Positions 1 to 12,611 of a stretch of DNA of 64,000 nt are shown piece after piece. Source of the stretch: Alphaproteobacteria bacterium (lineage in GTDB: Bacteria > Pseudomonadota > Alphaproteobacteria > UBA828); assembly GCA_963667785.2 (NCBI GenBank), contig CAXXMU010000006.1:672001-736000 (forward strand), read 5' to 3'. Numbering within the stretch: position 1 is the first letter of the stretch; every line of letters starts with the position of its first letter. The notes beneath the pieces are model-generated. The model did no database searches. It was not told the origin of the DNA and saw only the letters and a list, made by a program, of their open reading frames with translations. The position numbers and the translations under genes were made by a program.

Positions 1-1
1 T

Positions 2-784
2 CACAACTGGGCCTATGACCGCTGCGGCGTGCTCAGGGCGCAGCCGGCGGGCGAGCACTTCCCCCACATCGCGGTGGGGGAGGAGAGGCTGGTGCGCTTC
101 CCCGCGGCGGAGCGGGACGGTCTCGTCTGGCTGCTGCTCGACCCTGCAGGCGCGCTCGACCTCGATGCCGCGCTGGGGCCCCTCGGGCCGGAGCTCGCGG
201 CCTACGGGCTCGGCGGCTATCGCCACCGCGGCAGCCACGCCTGGACCAAGCGGATGAACTGGAAGCTCGGCGTGGATACCTTCCTCGAGTACTACCACGT
301 GCCCATCCTGCACCGCGGCTCCATCGGCAAGACGCTGTTCGGCACGGTCTTCCTCTACGAGGCGCTGGGCCGCCACGCGCGGCTGGTGGCGCCGCGCCGC
401 AGCATCGAGGATCAGCGCGATGGCGATCCCGCAGGCTGGCGGGTGCTGCCGCACGCGACCATCGTCTACCGCCTCTTCCCCAACGCGGTGTTCATCAGCC
501 AGGGCCCGCACGTGGAGCTGGTCCGCTTCTTCCCGGACCCCGCGCGGCCGGACACCACGATGTGTCGCTTCAGCTTCGCCTCGCCCGCGGACGATCGCTC
601 CGAGCGCGACTGGGACGAGATGATGCGGCTCGCGCTCGGCGTGCTGGACACCGAGGACTTCGCCGTGATGGAGGGCGTGCAGGCGAACCTTGCCGCCGGC
701 ATCCAGCGCGAGATCGTGTTCGGCCGGAACGAGATCGGCCTGCAGAACTTCCACCACATGCGCGACGCCGCGCTCGCCAGCTGA
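2..784 (+). CDS. Rieske aromatic ring-hydroxylating oxygenase alpha subunit (5'-truncated by window edge)
   Basis: Frame from nt 2 reads HNWAYD (end of Rieske CxxH-xW motif), then mononuclear-iron motif FLEYYHVPILH and EDFAVMEGVQ. Confidence 0.88.
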   Translation, partial: HNWAYDRCGVLRAQPAGEHFPHIAVGEERLVRFPAAERDGLVWLLLDPAGALDLDAALGPLGPELAAYGLGGYRHRGSHAWTKRMNWKLGVDTFLEYYHVPILHRGSIGKTLFGTVFLYEALGRHARLVAPRRSIEDQRDGDPAGWRVLPHATIVYRLFPNAVFISQGPHVELVRFFPDPARPDTTMCRFSFASPADDRSERDWDEMMRLALGVLDTEDFAVMEGVQANLAAGIQREIVFGRNEIGLQNFHHMRDAALAS

Positions 785-809
785 ACGCAGCCCCCCCTCC
801 CGGAGCCCC

Positions 810-1742
810 ATGATGGCCAAGACCTATCTCTTCACCGTCAGCCCGGCCACGCCGCCGGCCATGACCATCGACCCCGGCACGGAGATCGAGGTCACCGTCG
901 ACGGCGCCTTCGACGACATCGAGGACATCGCGGCGGTGCCGACGCCGTTCACGCCGGCCTCGGAGGGGCATCCGCTCGCCCCGGTGACCGGCCCGATCGC
1001 CGTCAGCGGCGCGCGGCCTGGGGATTCGGTGGCGATCGACCTGCTCTCGATCGAGCCCTTCGGCGAAGGCGCCAACGCGGTGCTGCGCGACTTCGGCGTC
1101 CTCAAGGAGGAATTCGCCGAGCCCGCCATCGTCTCCTGCCCGATCCGCGACGGGCAGGCCTGGTTCGGAGACCGGGTGGCGATCCCGCTCGCCCCCAATC
1201 TGGGCACGCTCAGCACCATGCCGCCCGAGGGCTACCGGCCCTCCCACGCGGGCCCCTACGGCGGCGACTTCGATCAGCGCGACGTGGGAGTCGGCGCCCG
1301 CGTTCACCTGCCGGTGATGGTCGACGACGCGCTGATCTTCATGGCCGACCCGCACGCTGCGATCAGCGACGGCATCATCAGCGGCACCGGGGTCGAGTGC
1401 TCGGCGCGGGTGCGGGCGCGAATCGCGCTCAACAAGGAGAGCCCGGTGGAACGGCCGATCTTCGAGCAGAACGGCACGGTGCAGATCGTGGGCTACGGCC
1501 CCTCGGTGGAAGCGGCGACCGAAGACGCCTCGAACGCCGCCGTGGGCCTGGTCTCGCGCTGGACCGGGCTCTCGCGGCGGGAGGCCTACATGCTGCTCGG
1601 CATCGTCGGCGAGCTCCGCATCGGCACCTCGCCCCGGCCCACCATGGCGGCACGGCTGATCGTCGACAAGGCGGTGCTGGCGTCCGCCGGCTGGGACGGT
1701 ACCGTGGTGCCTGTCGCGCCGTCAGGCGCGCGGAACCTGTGA
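810..1742 (+). CDS. Acetamidase/formamidase family protein
   Basis: TGPIAVSGARPGD, GPYGGDFD, DPHAAISDGIISGTGVEC motifs; start reset to ATG 810/813 after GGAG. Confidence 0.85.
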   Translation: MMAKTYLFTVSPATPPAMTIDPGTEIEVTVDGAFDDIEDIAAVPTPFTPASEGHPLAPVTGPIAVSGARPGDSVAIDLLSIEPFGEGANAVLRDFGVLKEEFAEPAIVSCPIRDGQAWFGDRVAIPLAPNLGTLSTMPPEGYRPSHAGPYGGDFDQRDVGVGARVHLPVMVDDALIFMADPHAAISDGIISGTGVECSARVRARIALNKESPVERPIFEQNGTVQIVGYGPSVEAATEDASNAAVGLVSRWTGLSRREAYMLLGIVGELRIGTSPRPTMAARLIVDKAVLASAGWDGTVVPVAPSGARNL

Positions 1743-1773
1743 ATGGCCTGACGGCGTTCGCGGCGGGAGTCCT

Positions 1774-3213
1774 TCAAGCGAAGAACCAGGGCGAGAGCCC
1801 CTGCTGGTTCTCGTCCACGATCAGGCGCCGGCCCGGCGGCGGAACGGCGCGCTGGCTGCAATCGGTGCGCTCGCAGAGGCGGCAGTTGACGCCGATGGGG
1901 GTCACGGCGGCGGGACGCTCGGGGTCGATGCCCGCGCCGTAGACGAGGCCGACGCCGTAGGAGAGCGAACAGCCGATGGCGATGGCCCGCTGCTGGCCGG
2001 GCAGCGCGTGGCCGGCGCCGGGGCGCGATATCGCGCGGGCGACGGTGAGGAAGCGTGCGCCGTCCGGCATCTCGACGATCTCGACGCGCGTCTCGCCGGG
2101 GGTCTGAAAGGCGCGGTGCACGCCCCAGCGCGGGCAGAGACCGCCGAAGCGCGCGAAGCGGAAGCCGCCTGCGTCGACGCGGCGCAGCACGTTGCCCGCG
2201 CAGTCGAGATGGACGAGGAAGAACGGTACCCCCTTCGCCCCCGGCCGCTGCAGGGTGACGAGGCGCTCGCAGACGTGCTCGAACCCGGCCCCGAAGCGGC
2301 GGCCGAGGAGGTCGATGTCGTAGGCGAGGCCGTCCGCGGCCTCGAGGAAGCGCTCGTAGGGCATCAGGCAGGCGCCGGCGAAATAGTTCGCGAGCTCCAC
2401 CACCAGGAGGTCGCGCGCCGCCCCCTCCAGGCCCGGACCCGCCGCGAGGTCGTCGATCGTCTCGCGCCAGCCGAGCAGCGCGAGCTGATGGGCGAGCTGG
2501 AAGGCGCGCTCTTCCGGCGCCAGCGCGTCCGACAGCAGAACGCGGCGGCCGTGGCGGTCGTAGCGCCGGACCAAGTCGTGCATCACCTCCGCAGGCAGGA
2601 TACGCACCCGGAGGCCGTGAGCGTCGGTGAGAACGGCACGGAGGCCCTCGTAGAGGCCGTCGGTCTCGAGGCCCGCCTCCGCCCAGAGCCGCTGGGCGGC
2701 CTCCTCGAGCTCGTGGACGTAGCCGGAGCGGGCCTGCATCGCCTCCTGAACCTCGTCGCCGGGTGCGCGGACCGCAGCCGCCGGCGTCGCCGTTGCCTTA
2801 GCGGGCGCCGGGCCGCCGCGCTGCGCCTCCGCCGGGTCCATCGCGTTCTCCAGCAGGTCGCGATAGGCGCGGAAGAGGAGGACCACGGCATCGCCCAGCG
2901 CCGGGCTCGCCTGCGCCGCGTCGCGGATGTCCTGATCCGTTACCTGGCTGCGCGCGAACAGGGGGTCGCCAAAGACCTCCCTGAGCGCGGCGGTGACCCT
3001 CCCCTCGTCGTCCTCGGCGAAGCGCTGCAGGTCGACGTCGAAGGCCTGGCCGAGCCGGAGCAGGAAGGGAACCGTGACCGGCCGCTGCGAGCGCTCGATC
3101 AGGTTCAGGTAGCTGGTGGAGATGCCGAGCTGGGCCGCCATGCGCGCCTGGGTGAGGCCGCGCTCCCGCCGCAGCCGCCGCACCCGCTGGCCCGCCATCA
3201 GCTTTCCCTGCAC
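1774..3213 (-). CDS. ramB: RamB/PccR-type short-chain fatty acyl-CoA regulator (XRE HTH + peptidase-like + C-terminal Cys domain)
   Basis: N-terminal HTH (RRLRRERGLTQARMAAQLGISTSYLNLIE), ANYFAGACLMPY, C-terminal IGVNCRLCERTDCSQRA; divergent from aceB-aceA; start uncertain (3198-3228). Confidence 0.85.
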   Translation of the reverse strand: MQGKLMAGQRVRRLRRERGLTQARMAAQLGISTSYLNLIERSQRPVTVPFLLRLGQAFDVDLQRFAEDDEGRVTAALREVFGDPLFARSQVTDQDIRDAAQASPALGDAVVLLFRAYRDLLENAMDPAEAQRGGPAPAKATATPAAAVRAPGDEVQEAMQARSGYVHELEEAAQRLWAEAGLETDGLYEGLRAVLTDAHGLRVRILPAEVMHDLVRRYDRHGRRVLLSDALAPEERAFQLAHQLALLGWRETIDDLAAGPGLEGAARDLLVVELANYFAGACLMPYERFLEAADGLAYDIDLLGRRFGAGFEHVCERLVTLQRPGAKGVPFFLVHLDCAGNVLRRVDAGGFRFARFGGLCPRWGVHRAFQTPGETRVEIVEMPDGARFLTVARAISRPGAGHALPGQQRAIAIGCSLSYGVGLVYGAGIDPERPAAVTPIGVNCRLCERTDCSQRAVPPPGRRLIVDENQQGLSPWFFA

Positions 3214-3254
3214 GACCTGCCCCGTCACGCGCGCCGCGAACGCCCCCGGCGCCC

Positions 3255-3335
3255 TACCAATACAATATTTACAAAATGACAGCAGAAAATACACGAAATG
3301 CGACTGAAATACATCTTTTTTTCCAGCAAGTTATG
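3255..3335. promoter_or_regulatory. AT-rich divergent promoter region with candidate RamB/PccR box
   Basis: AT-rich patch between regulator and aceB; TTTACAAA at 3268-3275 is one mismatch from the TTTGCAAA core described for RamB/PccR. Confidence 0.5.
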
Positions 3336-3399
3336 GACTTTTCCGTCGTGTCGGGCAACAGTCCGCCCATATTGCGTTGCAGCATGCAAGGGACGCTAG

Positions 3400-5055
<1,656 letters not shown>

Positions 5056-5056
5056 G

Positions 5057-6355
<1,299 letters not shown>

Positions 6356-6371
6356 CCCGGGCCGCGCTCAC

Positions 6372-6409
6372 AACGGGCATCGCCGCACCTCCCCGCGGCG
6401 GTGCCCGTT
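6372..6409. terminator. Hairpin between convergent aceA and dioxygenase gene
   Basis: aacgggcatcgccgc / gcggcggtgcccgtt stem (one G-U pair) followed by cttc. Confidence 0.5.
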
Positions 6410-6419
6410 CTTCGTCGAC

Positions 6420-7055
6420 TCAGGCCGGCGTCAGCACGAAGTCGAAGCGCGCGTGCCAGCCGTCGCCGGCACGGTCGAGCCGCATCGTCAGCTCTTCCCG
6501 GTAGATGACGTCGCCGGCGTTGGCCTGCCCCATGTCGGGGAAATAGACCTGGGTGGTGAGCAGGCGCGTCGCCTCGCCCTGGACCTTGACGTGGATGTGC
6601 GGCGTGCGGCCGCCGTAGCGCACGGGCCGGATGGTCTCGAAGCGGAAGGCGCCCGCGGCGTCGGTGAACTGATGTCCGCGGTAGCGGAAGCCGCGGTTGT
6701 CGTAGTCGCCGCGCTCGTCGCAGTGCCAGATGTCGATCACCGCGCCGGCCACCGGCCGGCAGTCCGGCGTCAGCACCAGGCCCTGGACGGCCAGCGGCTC
6801 CCCCGCCGTCCCCGGCTCGCGCAGAATGGCGCGGCGTGGCGTCTTGGGCGTGTAGAAGGGCCCCTCCGTCTGCGCCGGCGTGCCGGGCGTGCACGCGAGC
6901 GGCGGCGCGAGACCGAGGTCGCGCTCGGGCGCCGGGCCCTCGAACGCATAGTCGAGCGGCGTCCCCCAGGCGAGGGCCTGCGTGGGTGCGACGACCGCCC
7001 CGGCGGCAGCGGTCGCGAGACCGGCAAGCGCTGAGCGCCTGGTCAGGGAGCGCAC
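6420..7055 (-). CDS. Tat-exported intradiol ring-cleavage dioxygenase family protein
   Basis: TRRSAL twin-arginine leader; TEGPFY, DIWHCDERGDY, RYGGRTPHIH Fe-ligand pattern (Tyr/Tyr/His/His). Confidence 0.88.
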   Translation of the reverse strand: MRSLTRRSALAGLATAAAGAVVAPTQALAWGTPLDYAFEGPAPERDLGLAPPLACTPGTPAQTEGPFYTPKTPRRAILREPGTAGEPLAVQGLVLTPDCRPVAGAVIDIWHCDERGDYDNRGFRYRGHQFTDAAGAFRFETIRPVRYGGRTPHIHVKVQGEATRLLTTQVYFPDMGQANAGDVIYREELTMRLDRAGDGWHARFDFVLTPA

Positions 7056-7089
7056 CGCCTTCGCGCTCCGCCCGCCGCTTCCCCCGGCG

Positions 7090-8820
7090 TCACGCCGTGG
7101 CCGCCGCCGGCCCGGCCTGCGGGCCGCGGATGAGGCGGCCGGGGAGCGCGCCGGTCGCCTCGCCGTCGCGATAGACCGGGGCGCCGGAGAGCACCGTCGC
7201 CACGTAGCCCTCGGCCCGCTGGATGAGGCGGCGGCCGCCGGCCGGCAGGTCGTAGACCGGCTCCGGACAGTGCAGCGAAAGCCTGTCGAGGTCGATCACG
7301 TTGAGATCGGCCTTGAAGCCGGGCCGGAGCAGGCCGCGGTCGGTCAGGCCGAGGGCCAGCGCATTGTCGCGGGTCATGCGCCTGACCGCCCAGGGAAGCT
7401 CCATGCGCGCGCCCGCCGCCCGGTCGCGCACCCAGTGGACCAGCATGTAGGTGAACGCGCTCGCATCGCACAGCATGCCCACATGGGCGCCGCCGTCGCC
7501 GAGGCTCACCAGGGTATTGGGATGCCGGAGCATCTCGCCCACCGCGTCGAGGGAGCCCTCGCTGTAGTTGCTGACCGGCCGGTAGAGCAATGCCTTGCCG
7601 TCCCTCTCCAGCAGGTAGTCGTAGGCGACGTCCTCGGGCGTGCGCCCCTCGCGGGCTGCGATGGCGGCGACGCTCTGCTCGTCGGACGGCTCGTAGTTCG
7701 GCGGCGTGCCGAGCGGATAGAGCCGATCCCAGCTCGAGACGCGACGGGCGAGGGAGGGGTTCGCACATTCCTCGGCGAAGAGGCGGGCGCGGAAGGCAGG
7801 ATGCCGCAAAATCTCCAGCTTCTCCGCGAGCGGCCGCTGCGCGATCGCCTCCCAGCTCGGCCGCCCGGAGAACGGATTGATGGAAATCTCGAAGCCGAGC
7901 AGGACGCCGGTCGCGCGCGTCAGCGTCTGGCCGATGATCGGCAGGCCGTCGCGGTTCGCCTCGGCGATGTGGTCGAGGATCCGGCGCCAGCCGTCCGGCC
8001 TGCGGTCGACCTGCAGGATCGTGATCGCCAGCGGCCGGCGGCTGCGCTCGACCACGCGCCGCAGCATGGCGAACTCCGCGTCCAGATCGTCGAAGTCCGA
8101 GATTACCTGCAGCCAGCCGGCCCCGACCTCGCCCATCGCGGCGCCGATGGCGGTGAGCTCGTCCTCGGCCGCGGTCAGCGTGGGGATCGGGCGGCCGTCG
8201 AGGGTCTTGTGGTTGAGGGTGCGCGAGGTGGAGAAGCCCAAGGCACCGGCGCGCACGCCCTCCGCCGCGAGCTCGGCCATGGCCGCGTTGTCCTCGGCCG
8301 TGGCGGGCTCGCGCTTCACGCCGCGTTCGCCCATGACGAAGACCCGGACCGGCGAGTGCGGCACCTGCGCCGCGATATCGAGGTCGTAGGGCCTGGCGTC
8401 CAGCGCATCCATGTATTGCTCGAAGCTCTGCCAGCTCCAGGGCAGGCCCTCGTCCAGCACCGCACCGGGGATGTCCTCGACGCCTTCCATGAACTCCACC
8501 AGCGTCTCCCGCTGGTCGGGCCGGCAGGGGGCGAAGCCGACGCCGCAATTGCCGATCATCGCCGTGGTGACGCCGTTCCACGACGACGGCGTGATCCGGC
8601 TGCTCCATGTCGCCTGCGCGTCGTAGTGGGTGTGGGGGTCGATGAAGCCCGGCGTGACGATCATGCCGCGCGCGTCGATCTCTTCCGATCCCGGCCCGAG
8701 GCCGGGGCCGACCGCCGCGATGCACCCGCCCGCGATCCCGACATCCGCGTCGAAGGGCTCGCCGCCTGCGCCGTCCACCACCGTGCCGCCGCGAATCACC
8801 AGCGTATATGGACTGCTCAC
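7090..8820 (-). CDS. N-acyl-D-amino-acid deacylase family amidohydrolase
   Basis: LVIRGGTVVDG, PGFIDPHTHYD, GNCGVGFAP, DGGAHV; start reset to GTG 8820. Confidence 0.9.
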   Translation of the reverse strand: MSSPYTLVIRGGTVVDGAGGEPFDADVGIAGGCIAAVGPGLGPGSEEIDARGMIVTPGFIDPHTHYDAQATWSSRITPSSWNGVTTAMIGNCGVGFAPCRPDQRETLVEFMEGVEDIPGAVLDEGLPWSWQSFEQYMDALDARPYDLDIAAQVPHSPVRVFVMGERGVKREPATAEDNAAMAELAAEGVRAGALGFSTSRTLNHKTLDGRPIPTLTAAEDELTAIGAAMGEVGAGWLQVISDFDDLDAEFAMLRRVVERSRRPLAITILQVDRRPDGWRRILDHIAEANRDGLPIIGQTLTRATGVLLGFEISINPFSGRPSWEAIAQRPLAEKLEILRHPAFRARLFAEECANPSLARRVSSWDRLYPLGTPPNYEPSDEQSVAAIAAREGRTPEDVAYDYLLERDGKALLYRPVSNYSEGSLDAVGEMLRHPNTLVSLGDGGAHVGMLCDASAFTYMLVHWVRDRAAGARMELPWAVRRMTRDNALALGLTDRGLLRPGFKADLNVIDLDRLSLHCPEPVYDLPAGGRRLIQRAEGYVATVLSGAPVYRDGEATGALPGRLIRGPQAGPAAATA

Positions 8821-8972
8821 CGTCGCCCCCTTCACACTCCCGGAGAGAGGTCCATTAGAAGGATTTCGCGCCCCGCCGCAAGGACGGAAAACGTCGAGGC
8901 CAGGCGATTGCCTCTCCGGGCACGGCCCGCCACACTCGGCCGACCGCACGGAGAGATCGGGAGACGCTCACA

Positions 8973-10160
8973 ATGCTGACCAGCGAAGACCGGATGCTCA
9001 CCACACACGCCGGCAGCCTGCCGCGCCCGCCGGCCCTGGAGACGCTGCTGATCGAGCGGGAGCGGGGCGCGGCCATCGACGCGGGCGAATTCGAGCGGGC
9101 GGTCGCCGACGCCATCGACTGGGTCGTCGCCAGGCAGCTCGAGAGCGGCGTCGACATCGGCGGCGACGGCGAGGAATCCCGCGTCGGCTTCCAGACCTAC
9201 GTGCCGCAGCGCATGTCGGGCTTCGGCGGCGAATCCCAGCGCAACATGCTGACCGACATGGTGAAGTTCCCCGGCTACGCGCAGATGTTCACCGAGCGCA
9301 CCTGGAGCCGGGACAAGGAGCGGCCCAAGGTCTGGAACGCGCCGCAGGCGCAGACGGCGGTGGTCTACGAGCCCGATCTCGCCGACGTGACTTTCGAGCT
9401 CGATCAGTTCGCGGCGTCGCTGGAGCGGTCCGACCGGAGCTTCGCCGAGACCTTCGTGACCGCCGCCTCGCCCGGCATCGTCTCCACCACCATGCTGCGG
9501 GCCGAGGACAATCCCGACTATCCGCGCGACGAGGACTACGTGATGGCGCTCGGCCACGAGCTGAAGAAGGAGTACGACGCCATCGTCGCCGCGGGCCATC
9601 TGCTGCAGATCGACGCCCCCGACCTCGCCATGGAGCGCCAGTTCATGTTCCAGGACCGTCCGCTCGACGAGTTCCTGGATCGGGTCGCGCTGCACATCAG
9701 GGCGCTCAACGTCGCCGTCGCCGACATCCCGGCGGAGAAAACCCGGCTCCACGTCTGCTTCGGCAACTGGGACGGCCCCCATATCGACGACTGCGATCTC
9801 GAGCCGCTGCTGCCGCTGCTCTACGAGGCCAAGGTCGGCGCGCTCAGCATCGCCTGCTCCAACCCGCGCCACCAGCACGAGTGGAAGGTGCTCAAGGCGA
9901 ACCCGCCGCCGGAGCCCATGATCCTGATCCCGGGCGTGATCGACGTGACCACCAACTATCTGGAGCACCCGGAGGTGGTGGCGGACCGCATCTGCCTCTA
10001 TGCCGAGGTGATGAGCGACAAGCGGCGCGTCATCGCCGGCACCGACTGCGGCTTCAGCACCTTCGCGAGCTACCAGTTCGTCGCCGACGACGTGGCGTGG
10101 GCCAAGCTGCGCATGCTCGCCGACGGCGCCGCACTGGCCACCGAGCGGCTCTGGGGGTAG
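8973..10160 (+). CDS. Cobalamin-independent methionine synthase II (MetE C-terminal-like) family protein
   Basis: TTHAGSLPRP, LQIDAPDL, LHVCFGN, AGTDCGF. Confidence 0.9.
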   Translation: MLTSEDRMLTTHAGSLPRPPALETLLIERERGAAIDAGEFERAVADAIDWVVARQLESGVDIGGDGEESRVGFQTYVPQRMSGFGGESQRNMLTDMVKFPGYAQMFTERTWSRDKERPKVWNAPQAQTAVVYEPDLADVTFELDQFAASLERSDRSFAETFVTAASPGIVSTTMLRAEDNPDYPRDEDYVMALGHELKKEYDAIVAAGHLLQIDAPDLAMERQFMFQDRPLDEFLDRVALHIRALNVAVADIPAEKTRLHVCFGNWDGPHIDDCDLEPLLPLLYEAKVGALSIACSNPRHQHEWKVLKANPPPEPMILIPGVIDVTTNYLEHPEVVADRICLYAEVMSDKRRVIAGTDCGFSTFASYQFVADDVAWAKLRMLADGAALATERLWG

Positions 10161-10163
10161 GGC

Positions 10164-12611
10164 TCAGCCCCTGATGCGGCTCGAGGTGGGGTCGTAGAGC
10201 GGGCGGAGGGAGGCCTTCGCCGGGTAACGCTCTCCCGCGACTTCGATCTCGTAGCGGCCGGCATTCACGTAGTCCGCGTCGACGCCCGCCTCGTTCTCCA
10301 CATAGCCGAGGCCGATTGCGCCCCCTAGCGTGTGGCCGTACATGCCGGAGCGGACGTAGCCGCAGATCGCATCGTCCCGCCAGATCGGCTCGTTGTGATA
10401 GAGCAGCGGCGCGGGGTCTTCGAGCAGGAACTGGACGAGGCGCTGGCGGAGTCCCTGCTCCCGCTGGCGCAGCACCGCATCCCGCCCGATGAAGGGCACG
10501 GGCTTGTCGGGCTTCACCGCGAAGCCGAGGCCCGCCTCCAGCGGCGTGTCGGCATCGGTGATGTCGTGGCCGTAGTGGCGGTAGGCCTTCTCGATCCTGA
10601 GCGAGTTCATGGCATGCATGCCGACCGGGCGGAGCCCGACCCCGTCGCCGGCCTCGACCAGTGCGTCGTAGACGCCCGCTGCGAACTCGGTGGAGATGTA
10701 GAGCTCCCAGCCGAGCTCGCCGACGTAGGTGATGCGCGAGGCGCGGACGACGGCCCGGCCGAGCTCGATCTCCCGGCTGGTGCCGAAGGGGAAGGCGTCG
10801 TTGCCTAGATCGTCCGGGCTCAATGACTGCAGCAGGTCCCTGGCGCGGGGGCCCATGACGCCGAGAACGGCAAGGCCGGAGGTGACGTCCGTCAGCACCG
10901 CGTGCGCGCCGTCGGCGATGTGCCGTCTCAGCCAGAGCGCGTCGCGCACCTGGAACTCGCCGGAGGTCACGATCAGGTAGTCGTCGTCCGCGAGCCTCGT
11001 CACGGTGAGGTCGGCCTCGATCCCGCCCGCCTCGTTGAGCCACTGGGTGTAGACGATGCGGCCCGGCGGCACGTCCACCTCGTTGGCGGAGACCCGGCCC
11101 AGAGCTTTCGCGGCGTCGCGCCCCTGCAGCCGAAACTTGGCGAACGAGGTCTGGTCGAGGAGACCCACCCCCTGCCTGACCGCGCGGTGCTCTTCCGCCG
11201 ACACATCGAACCAGTTCTGCCGGCCGAAGCTGTATTCGTAGCAGGGCTCCATGCCGTCCGTCGCGTACCAGTTGGGCCGCTCCCAGCCGAAGGCCTCGCC
11301 ATGGCAAGCGCCGCGGGCGGCCAGGCGATCGTGAAAGGGCGAGCGGCGCACCCCCCGCGCCGTCGCGTATTGGCGGAAGGGCCAGTGGTCGTCGTAGAGG
11401 AGGCCGAGGGTCTCGCTCACCCGCTCCCGCAGATAGCGCCGGTTGGTCTGGAAGGGGAGCACGCGGCGTATGTCCACGTCCCACATGTCGACGAGCGGCC
11501 GGCCGCTCTCGATGCATTCCGCCAGCACCTTGCCTGCGCCGCCGGCGGACTGGATGCCGATGGAGTTGAAGCCGGCGGCGACGTAGCAGCCGGCGAGCCC
11601 GGGCGCTTCGCCCAGATGGTAGCGGTCGTCGGGGGTGAAGCTCTCCGGCCCGCAGAAGAAGGTCTGGATGCCGGTCTCCGCCAGCGCCGGCATGCGCTGC
11701 AGCGCCTGGGTCAGGATCGGCTCGAAGTGGTCCCAGTCGTCGGGGAGCTGGTCGAAGCCGAAGTCCTCCGGAATCCCCTCCATGCCCCAGGGCTTGGCAT
11801 CGGGCTCGAAGGCGCCCAGGAGAATCTTTCCGGCGTCTTCCTTGTAATAGGCGCAGTGGTCGTAGTCGCGCAGCACGGGCAGATCGGCGGGCAGGCCGTC
11901 GATGGGCTCGGTCATCACGTAGAAGTGCTCGCAGGCGTGGAGCGGCACATGCACGCCGACGGAGGCCGCAAGATCGCGCGTCCACATGCCGGCCGCGAGC
12001 ACCACCGCCTCTGCCGCGACGGCGCCGTCCGGGGTCTCCACGCCGGTGATGCGCTCGCCGTCGTGGGCGATCGCGGTGACGGGCACGCCCTCGCGGATCA
12101 GCACGCCGCCGTCCCGCGCGCCCTTGGCGAGCGCCCGGGTCACGTCGATGGGGTTGGCCTGACCGTCGGACGGGATGAAGATCCCGCCCACCACGTCGTC
12201 GACGGCGATCAGCGGGTAGCGCTCCTTGATCTCGTCCGGGCCGAGCACGTCGACGCGAAGATCGAACACCTTGGCCATCGAGGCGCTGCGCTTCAGCTCC
12301 TCGAAGCGGCCCTCGTGCGTGGCGAGCGATATCGAGCCGTTCTGCCTGAAGCCGGTCGCCTGGCCGGTCTCCGCCTCGAGGCCCGTGTAGAGCTCGGCCG
12401 TGTACTTGGCGAGCTCGGTCATGCGCTTGGAGGGGCGGAGCTGGCCGATGAGGCCGGCGGCGTGCCAGGTCGTGCCGCAGGTGAGCTCGCGGCGCTCCAG
12501 CAGCACCACGTCGGAGACGCCGCGCTTCGCCAGGTGATAGGCGACGGAGCAGCCCACCACGCCGCCGCCGACGATCACGACCCGTGCCGAGCGGGGAAGA
12601 TCCCGAGCCAT
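10164..12611 (-). CDS. GcvT-family FAD-dependent dehydrogenase (dimethylglycine/sarcosine dehydrogenase-like)
   Basis: VVIVGGGVVG, GTTWHAAG, GPESFTPD, ITYVGELGWE, SLRIEKAY; start reset to ATG 12611, overlapping the upstream stop (TGATG). Confidence 0.93.
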   Translation of the reverse strand: MARDLPRSARVVIVGGGVVGCSVAYHLAKRGVSDVVLLERRELTCGTTWHAAGLIGQLRPSKRMTELAKYTAELYTGLEAETGQATGFRQNGSISLATHEGRFEELKRSASMAKVFDLRVDVLGPDEIKERYPLIAVDDVVGGIFIPSDGQANPIDVTRALAKGARDGGVLIREGVPVTAIAHDGERITGVETPDGAVAAEAVVLAAGMWTRDLAASVGVHVPLHACEHFYVMTEPIDGLPADLPVLRDYDHCAYYKEDAGKILLGAFEPDAKPWGMEGIPEDFGFDQLPDDWDHFEPILTQALQRMPALAETGIQTFFCGPESFTPDDRYHLGEAPGLAGCYVAAGFNSIGIQSAGGAGKVLAECIESGRPLVDMWDVDIRRVLPFQTNRRYLRERVSETLGLLYDDHWPFRQYATARGVRRSPFHDRLAARGACHGEAFGWERPNWYATDGMEPCYEYSFGRQNWFDVSAEEHRAVRQGVGLLDQTSFAKFRLQGRDAAKALGRVSANEVDVPPGRIVYTQWLNEAGGIEADLTVTRLADDDYLIVTSGEFQVRDALWLRRHIADGAHAVLTDVTSGLAVLGVMGPRARDLLQSLSPDDLGNDAFPFGTSREIELGRAVVRASRITYVGELGWELYISTEFAAGVYDALVEAGDGVGLRPVGMHAMNSLRIEKAYRHYGHDITDADTPLEAGLGFAVKPDKPVPFIGRDAVLRQREQGLRQRLVQFLLEDPAPLLYHNEPIWRDDAICGYVRSGMYGHTLGGAIGLGYVENEAGVDADYVNAGRYEIEVAGERYPAKASLRPLYDPTSSRIRG

